From Amoebidium appalachense (Eukaryota; Protista; Ichthyosporea): a stretch of 64,000 bases of DNA. The notes beneath the pieces were generated by a model. It did not search any database. It had not been told where the DNA came from and saw only the letters and a list, made by a program, of their open reading frames with translations. The stretch spans positions 7,871,962 through 7,935,961 of the forward strand of contig CAVNZM010000007.1 in NCBI GenBank assembly GCA_963693365.1, read 5' to 3'. Numbering within the stretch: position 1 is the stretch's first letter; each line of letters opens with the position of its first letter. Made by a program: the position numbers and the translations under genes. Of the stretch, positions 41,731-64,000 are shown in pieces.

Positions 41731-42585
41731 TTCCCCCCTCCCTCCCAGGTTCGGCAAGGACCATGGAACAGGGCTGAGTCCACAGTAGCGGAGCATCTGA
41801 TAGATGCACTTGCAGCAAACGGCATCAATCTGACCACCGCCAATTTGCTTTCCAACTACAACGCACTGCGTGACCTAGCTGAAACAAAACAGATAAAACT
41901 ACTGACCCTCCGACCAAAGCAGGAAAAGCAAGTGAAAGGTAAATTAGACCTAATCATGAAAGACCGTCAGTTCCGTGCTTCAATTGCGCAGGCTGTAGAA
42001 ATGAGTCTAGAGTATGATGTCGGTGATGGATGCAGGATGGAGGATTTTGCAGCTCCACCAGCCAGCCAATCACAGAGCAAACATCCTAGCCAATCACAGA
42101 GCAAGCATCTTAGCCAATCACAGAGCAAGCACATTAATGGTTCGCAAAAATCCAAAATGAGTTTGCGCAAAGTTCCCGGTCCAAGCGCAAAGAGCAGCAC
42201 GAAAAAGAAAACCAACGGACCGATGGGTAAAGAGTTATGGGTAGACCACAGCTATGATGAGTCTGTAGTGCGAATACAATCGTTTGCTTTCAGGGCTTCA
42301 CAGCCTTCTCTTCACGCTACCCAACAACCCCCCTCACAACAACGACCGGCGCCTCACCTGCACAGCACACAACACCGCCCGATTCTGCCTGCACCTAAAT
42401 ACCCAGCCTACCCTATGCAACCGCATGCAGTAAGGTGTCCTAATGGTGCTTGCGGCTGTGGTTTTGCTATTGGACCTGAATGGTTTTACATTAGGGTTGC
42501 ATGTCCTGGGTGTGGGTGTTGCATGGAGTGTGTGTGTTTCCCACTGCACATGGTACACGGGCCATTTTTGCCAACAATTGATTAG
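36808..42585 (+). CDS. Transposase-like protein (DUF6729-like N-domain + RNase H-fold D-D-[DxxH]-E domain, Mutator/ISL3-like class), about 1052 aa, 5 exons
   Basis: Exons 36808-37179, 38030-39698, 40594-40858, micro-exon 41140-41155 (inferred), 41749-42585 give an open frame of 3159 nt. Motifs [24 protein letters not shown] (D at 38735), IYLDNCC (D at 38951), [26 protein letters not shown] (E at 39335). C-terminal GPWNRAE (Myb/SANT-like) and a Cys cluster [18 protein letters not shown]. Exact superfamily not established. Confidence 0.75.
41274..41527 (+). repeat. Duplicated ~105-nt cassette between poly-C runs in a transposase intron
   Basis: gcagtccctttctcagcctcccttgcctttcgcccgcaaggcagtcaatc...accaatg(t/c)agcctgcccc at 41274 and 41420. 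Confidence 0.9.
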
Positions 42586-42734
42586 GGCAGAGAATACTAC
42601 TAGTAGTGGGGCACACACTTTGGTGCGCACTCTTGCATGGGCCATGGGCTCATGCACGTACACATGCACACAGGCAGGCACGCATGCACACATGCATACT
42701 ATTAGGACGAAACACAGACACAGACACACACACA

Positions 42735-42853
<119 letters not shown>

Positions 42854-42881
42854 CACACGCACACGCACACGCACACACGCG

Positions 42882-42939
<58 letters not shown>

Positions 42940-43455
42940 CACACACACATCTAGCCTAGTAGTACGCTGTGGAGGCGTAGCTTAGCTTTTAGGTTCATGA
43001 ATAAGTATAGGTATAGGCTAGTTTCGTATTCTTTTTTAGCCTGAGCTTGTAGCAATAAATGATAATATATGTTATGTTATAGAGATGATAATGACAATAC
43101 CAGTACCTAAATTTCAGAGCTGGCATATGTGCCCGAAAGCATATTTACTGATGATCAGAGAATCCGTGTTGTCGTACTGAAGTTAACACAAGTGCGCACA
43201 GACACACTTGCACACACACGCGCGCGCGCACACACACACATAGACACACACACATGCACGTGTATGTGCCGCAAGCACACACACAGAGAGGTACACACGA
43301 ACACACGGAAATATAGGCGCGGCCTGGCGCGCGGGACATCAGTATCATGAGTCATGTTATGCACACATACATAGATTTGTATCGGTGCGCCTGCATACAT
43401 ACAGAAAAGATAACTACGCAATGTGTCTGTGCAGGTATACACACACACGTGCGCA

Positions 43456-43527
<72 letters not shown>

Positions 43528-43572
43528 CACACACACACACCCATGAACACACACACACACACACACACACAT

Positions 43573-43669
<97 letters not shown>

Positions 43670-43676
43670 CACACAG

Positions 43677-43709
<33 letters not shown>

Positions 43710-44169
43710 AATTCGAAGTTGCCATTATGTATGAAGTTCTCATTTTGATCCATATTAATAGTGGAACTGGTACCCGGTACCCGTGGTTTACCTCCTCCCC
43801 CCCCCCCCCCCCCCCCCCCCCAGTTTTGTTCCCCCTTGCCCCCCCCCCCCCCCCCCCCCCCCGGGGACCCCCTTCGGGGGACCCCAGGACATGAAGTACC
43901 AGCCTTTTTTGGCCTTTTTTCTCGAGGAATTCCGCGTTTCCTGAATCCTGAGCCATGGCTCACTACCTGGGAATCTGCAAGGTCTCCGAGACTACTGGCT
44001 TTCCATGGAATACTTGTGCAAGATAAATGGGTTATTTTCTACTATCTAAGCACCCTTTCGAGCCTTCTAGGATGCATTAACTTGCATTTCAGACTCTACT
44101 TGTAGGTGACATCGCGATAATAAAGAAGGCGCTATGCTGGCACAAATGCTGTGCAGTACTGATGCATGG

Positions 44170-44228
44170 TGACGTATTGGGTGGGCTTGACGCGACCAAT
44201 CAGCCATCGCATGAAATCTTGAACCAAT
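44170..44228 (+). promoter_or_regulatory. Cyclin promoter candidate: three CCAAT boxes and CRE-like half sites
   Basis: ATTGG 44176, CCAAT 44196 and 44224; TGACG at 44170 and 44188. Confidence 0.4.
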
Positions 44229-45078
44229 CATCGCCTGTTTTGCAAGGAGGGTAAACATTCCTGAATGTGTGGTTTGATAGTTACAGCTGCCGCGGTTGAT
44301 TGAAGCAACGCACAAAAGCCTGCTTCATTCATTCCCTTTGGGATACGGTAGTTGGTGCAAGTACGTTGGGGTGTGATCGATAGTAGTTGTAACGAAGAGA
44401 GAAAAAAAAGAGAGAGAAACTCGTGTTTTGCAAAATACACAACGGAACTGTGATGACATTACTTTGATTGTTTATTTGATCTTTGCAAGTGGGATTTCAT
44501 TTTGTTGGTGCTTTTCTGACAGAAGCTCTCTGATCTATTAGACACCCTTTTGCTTATATGCTTTCGAGGAGCAGTTCTAGCGCTCAACGTTGAAGCGCCT
44601 CAGTTTTTTTGGCATTGAGGAAGCCCCTTTTAAACTAACTTCTTTTTGATCGCCGCTGTGCGCTGCTACTCAAAGGTAAGGTTCTGTCTTCTCTTCTCGC
44701 AATTTACCCCAGTGTTGGCTTCTTTGTGGCTTGTTGTGCTACGCTCTGAAGCAACACCACATCTCTGTTCCTATTTTTTTATGGACCTCTTTCTCCCATC
44801 TGTATGGCGCCGAAAAGTGTCTCATCGCAGTTTTTTTGTGCTGAAGGGTAGTCAATAAAGTTGGTTGAGTGTAGCTCGACTAATAAACGTGTGTGTAACA
44901 TTAACAGTCAACCCTCTAGCTGAGGCTGCTTCCTGCGATGAATCTTTTCCTATTTGCGCTTGCTAACTAGGTGCTGGTCGCTGCAGATGGCTTGCTCTTT
45001 GCAGTGGCACTAGATTCGCACCATGGACACCAGTTGTCACTCTTCTTCTAGCATTGCCGCCACCTTCCTCTGCTCGCC

Positions 45079-46487
45079 ATGTCTCGCCGTCGTTCTGGGC
45101 TCCTGTGCGCAGGCACAGGCCCGGTGGCTTGCGTGGTGCACTCCCTAGCACTGGAGGTGCGGCATGCAGTGTCGCCGCGCTACGTTCAGCGCACACAGAG
45201 GGCTGGGGGGGTGGATGACCTTCAAAGGGATAATGTTGTGAGCTGGCTCCTTGCGCTGAATGCGCACATGAGCTTCTCCGAACAGACGTTCTTCCTTGCA
45301 GTCAACTATCTGGACCGGTTTCTGTCTGCGGTGAAAGTGCGCAGCGGCCACCTGCAGCTGCTGATGGCCGTGTGCTTTTTGCTGGCCAGCAAGGTCCAGG
45401 AGGAGTCGGACGAGCAGCCCACCCTGGCCGAGCTGGTCCGTGTGTCCAACTACGCATACGGGTACGTGTACGTGTTGTTTTAAAACACTGGTGCATTTTA
45501 TTTCCCAAGCGACATAAAAGAGTCTTCTAAGTGCTCCTTTTGCGCGATAGCATGTTTTTGTGTTTGCGTGTGTGTATATGTTCAGGCTGTTGGTTGTAGT
45601 GTTTGAATTGATGTCTTTTGCGAGTCACTTGAAATGTTCAGTATGCCTACAGCGTTGTGCGGGTGTGTAATTATACATGTGTCGGTTGTTCACAACCGCT
45701 CTATTACAGGGTGAGTGACCTGCTTCGCATGGAGACCATTGTGTGCGAAAAACTGAACTGGGAGTTCTCGTCCGTTACCCCGCTCAACTTTCTGCACCAG
45801 TTTGTCGAACTGACCCAGGTTGCTGGGACTCTGAGCCGCAAAAAGTTAGATCACATTCTCAAGGTAAACAAACACGCATACTGTGTGTGCAGGCATGTTT
45901 GGGATGTGCAAAACAACCGACATCGCTCTTCTCACGTGCAGGGGGAAAAAATTATCTGCCGCTTGAGAGGATTTTCAGTGGTGTTGGTGGGCATTGTCGT
46001 GTTGCATAGTTCGGTTTCATTTTTGGACGGATCTTGCGTAACTGAGCACTGGTGAAACACGGCTTAGTATTTTGCTGTGTTGAAACACTTGCGTTGACTG
46101 TGTTGGAGACTATAGCTCTTTGCAAGGATGCTGCTTCTTGCCTCCGTGTGTAACCAATAAGACATTCCTTTTGGGGGGGGGGGGGGGGGGGGTCTTTTCT
46201 GAGAGTTTAAACCTTTTGTTGTGACCACGCAGGAGGCTGTCTCGAACCTCGAGCAGACCTGCCTGTACGACTTTCTACGCTACCCTCCCTCCCTCCATGC
46301 CCTGTGCGCACTGGAGCTGTCCATCCGCAGTCAATGCACACAGGATGGGGATAAGGTGGTGCATGAGGTGTGGGAGGTTCTGAAGCCGCACATCACAACA
46401 GACCCTACATCGGAGCCATACCGCCTGTGTTCGCTGGACATGAAGTGTGTGCTGAGTGAGATCAAGTGTAAGCCTTTGCGCAACTGA
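45079..46487 (+). CDS. Cyclin, G/I-like
   Basis: Exons 45079-45461, 45710-45863, 46233-46487 (GT-AG, phase-consistent). Cyclin box QRDNVVSWL..FSEQTFFLAVNYLDRFLS..LQLLMAVCFLLASKVQEE..DLLRMETIVCEKLNW..VTPLNFLHQF. Confidence 0.9.
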
Positions 46488-47954
46488 GTGGGTATGTGCG
46501 CATGTATTTGCTTGTATCAGATGTGGCTGTGTGTCTTAAGTTACTGGGGGTTTGATCGTGTTTGGATGGGTCGTGGGTGCTTGCCTGTATTGGGTGTGTG
46601 TGTGTGTGTGTGTGTGCGTGCGTGCAATGCTAAGAGTGCGCGGTCGTGTGTTGCACATGTTGTAGAACACAAAAGGTGTTTTTAAGTCTGTTGCAGCTGA
46701 CTCAAAAACTGCGCGCTTACACGCGCGAGTTAAAGATATGTTTGTTTGTTTCAAGGATCATTTCTTTTAAGTGAGAATACATGCTTAGGTTGGCTATGGT
46801 GTACACCTATTCTATGGAAAATGAAAGAAGCAGCAAAATTAAAAAAAAAAAAAAGGGGGGGGGGGGGGGGGGGGGGCAAAGAGAAGGGTTTTTCTAAGGG
46901 AAGAGAAATTGTCTATGGATGGGATGGTAGGAATTTTTATATATATGGCAGCCATATGCGTAGGGGCCACAAAAAATGCTGTTTAGGTACATGTGTGGTT
47001 GTGCAATCCTAGTAGGGCTCCAGACCCTTCCTTTTATCAAACTTCTTTACATTGGTATATATCACGCATATGCACTTACCTGTGGCTTGCCCAGGTAAGG
47101 ATGTGTTGGAACACCTAGCACTAGCACTGTTTTATGACTTTCCGTATGTCAAGTTCTGTTGTACTAGCCTTCATATCGAGGCGCTATTATTGTTTTGCCG
47201 GTGTTTTGCATGTAGGGCAATACATGGTGCCAGCAGCCATCCACGGCGTATCTGCTGGATAACGTGCATGAATGGTGTTGAATGCTGGCACGGTGCCTCG
47301 AGTATGATATATAGTGTAAAGATAACGTGTACATGTACACACACGTTTGTGTTGGCAGGCAAAGGGTACATCTATGTGTATACGTAGTGTGGCTGTTCCT
47401 TAGTCGCCCCTCTTATTAGTTTTAACCTAATGAGGGTGCATGTTGCAGCAGCCAGCAGGAAATAAATAAATGGTGGGTGGGAAATCTACGTTGCCCAGGT
47501 GATTGGTGAAAGTGTTGCCACTGTGTAAGGACATGTGCCCCCCCCCCCCCCCCCCCCCCCCCACCCACCCACCCACCCAAAACAACTCACGTGTACACAC
47601 ACCCCAACCCAACCCTTCTCCCCCTCACTCCCTTGACACACACAGACACAGGCATGAACACACACACAAAATGTGTACCCAAGCACAATCTCATGCATAC
47701 ACATAAAGGGCATGCACACTCCGCAAACATGATCATCGCTTTTCCGTGTCCGAAGGTGTGTGATGCTGCAAGTGAACGAAGCTTCAAATTAGTCAACAAC
47801 GTGTGCAATACTGGCTCCATTCGCATGCATGTTTATGTCCCAGCTGGTGTTGGGAGACAAATGTGGCCACAGCGTAAACACGTATTACTCTTTTATAAAA
47901 GGTGACAGCACATATAGAAACGTGTGGAGTCAGGCACATCCCTTTTTTTTTGTG

Positions 47955-47986
<32 letters not shown>

Positions 47987-48145
47987 GAATGAGAGACGAA
48001 GACCTTTCGGGGGAAGGAGAGTATCCGGACGGGGAACAGCATCTGCAGACACGTGTGGAGTCAGGCACGTCCCTTTTCTTTTTTTTTTTTTTTTTTTTTT
48101 TGGTGTGTGTGTGGGGGGGGGGGGGGGGGGGGGGGGGGGGTTGGT

Positions 48146-50545
<2,400 letters not shown>

Positions 50546-51208
50546 CAAGTCCACCTGCCCAAAACACAACAGGTACAAAGCCAGCGGCATCTGGTAATGG
50601 TGGTTGGGATGTCATGTACATACACATGGTGAGTGGTGATTCATTTGATTTGCATCATTGACAACAACCATTATGGTGTAGTGTTGTTACTCTGAAACCA
50701 ACAGTTTTGTAAAAGAATGGTTAAGGGCGTCCGTACATGCAGGCTCACGCGCAACAGTGCCTAAGTGCAGATAAAATACCACGCGTGTGTATGGATTGCC
50801 AGTATTAAATTATGCTGAATACGTGCGCATGCAAACAACATACGTACACAATCCACTTTTTACTTTTGTTAGAAAAGAACATAACCCATGAAACATCAAA
50901 TACAGAAAATGGAGGAAAAGAAATGGTACAGGAGTAAATCAGATGGTTTTGTGTGTGTGTGTGTGTCTGTGTGTGCGTGCGTGTGTGTGGTGTGGGTGGG
51001 TGTTAGGCTTTCTTTGTGCATGTGCGCTTTCACATGTGTAGGTATGAGTGGGTGGGGTGGGTGGAGTGGGTGGGGTGGTTTTGGGCTGATAGAAAAGGGA
51101 CTAATACTAGTACAACACAGCAAACTACAGATACAATGCCATTTACGACGGTTCCAAAATGACGAAGGGGGATATGCCACTAAACTAATAGACACAAAAA
51201 ATGCAGAA

Positions 51209-51258
<50 letters not shown>

Positions 51259-51559
51259 AGGCCTGGCAACACCAACCAAACAGCAAAAACTTGAACCAAT
51301 TAATGCATATGGCCGCAATCCCAGTCACCACTTTCCCTACTGGTGGTTCCCCACTTGCCAAAAATCAAACTACAACCCAAGCAACCAAAGACTGAAAATT
51401 TGTCTTTCACTTGAGGTATCCTACAATGAATCCAAGGATGGGGCAAAAAAAAACAAAAAAAAAAAAACAACAACAACAAATTATAAAACATGCCGTCGTA
51501 AGTACACTCAGCCTTGCCTTTTACGGGGCGCGTTACCCTTGAGGCAAATTCGGGTAATT

Positions 51560-64000
<12,441 letters not shown>

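Overview
Eukaryotic, intron-rich genomic DNA whose introns are packed with (CA)n/(GT)n, (GA)n and long poly-C/poly-G/poly-A runs. Nearly all HTHT/VCVC/PPPP/GGGG ORFs in the track are artefacts of these repeats. The gene set suggests a unicellular opisthokont, possibly a holozoan protist (inference only). Gene models were spliced by hand: (1) secreted bulb-type (GNA-like) lectin with Ser/Pro and PAQVPA repeats, + 1783-7180; (2) LARP4-like La-related protein, - 21680-10172; (3) divergent HMG-box protein, + 25575-32366; (4) two-exon gamma-SNAP-like pseudogene fragment, + 33798-35123; (5) intron-containing, apparently intact ~1050-aa D-D-(DxxH)-E transposase-like gene with an unexpected signal-peptide-like N-terminus, preceded by a palindromic motif array, + 36808-42585; (6) cyclin G/I-like gene, + 45079-46487; (7) decayed Penelope-like retroelement, - ~50545-48146; (8) FAD-dependent oxidoreductase (COG2907/amine-oxidase-like) entering from the right edge, - 64000-51560. 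The window also holds three intronic MITEs, a 30 x 52-bp minisatellite, and several families of ~100-250-nt cassettes that abut poly-C tracts; two of these show substitutions that preserve predicted base pairing, one as a pseudoknot. The best novelty candidates are these PLE-associated structured RNAs and the signal-peptide-bearing transposase.
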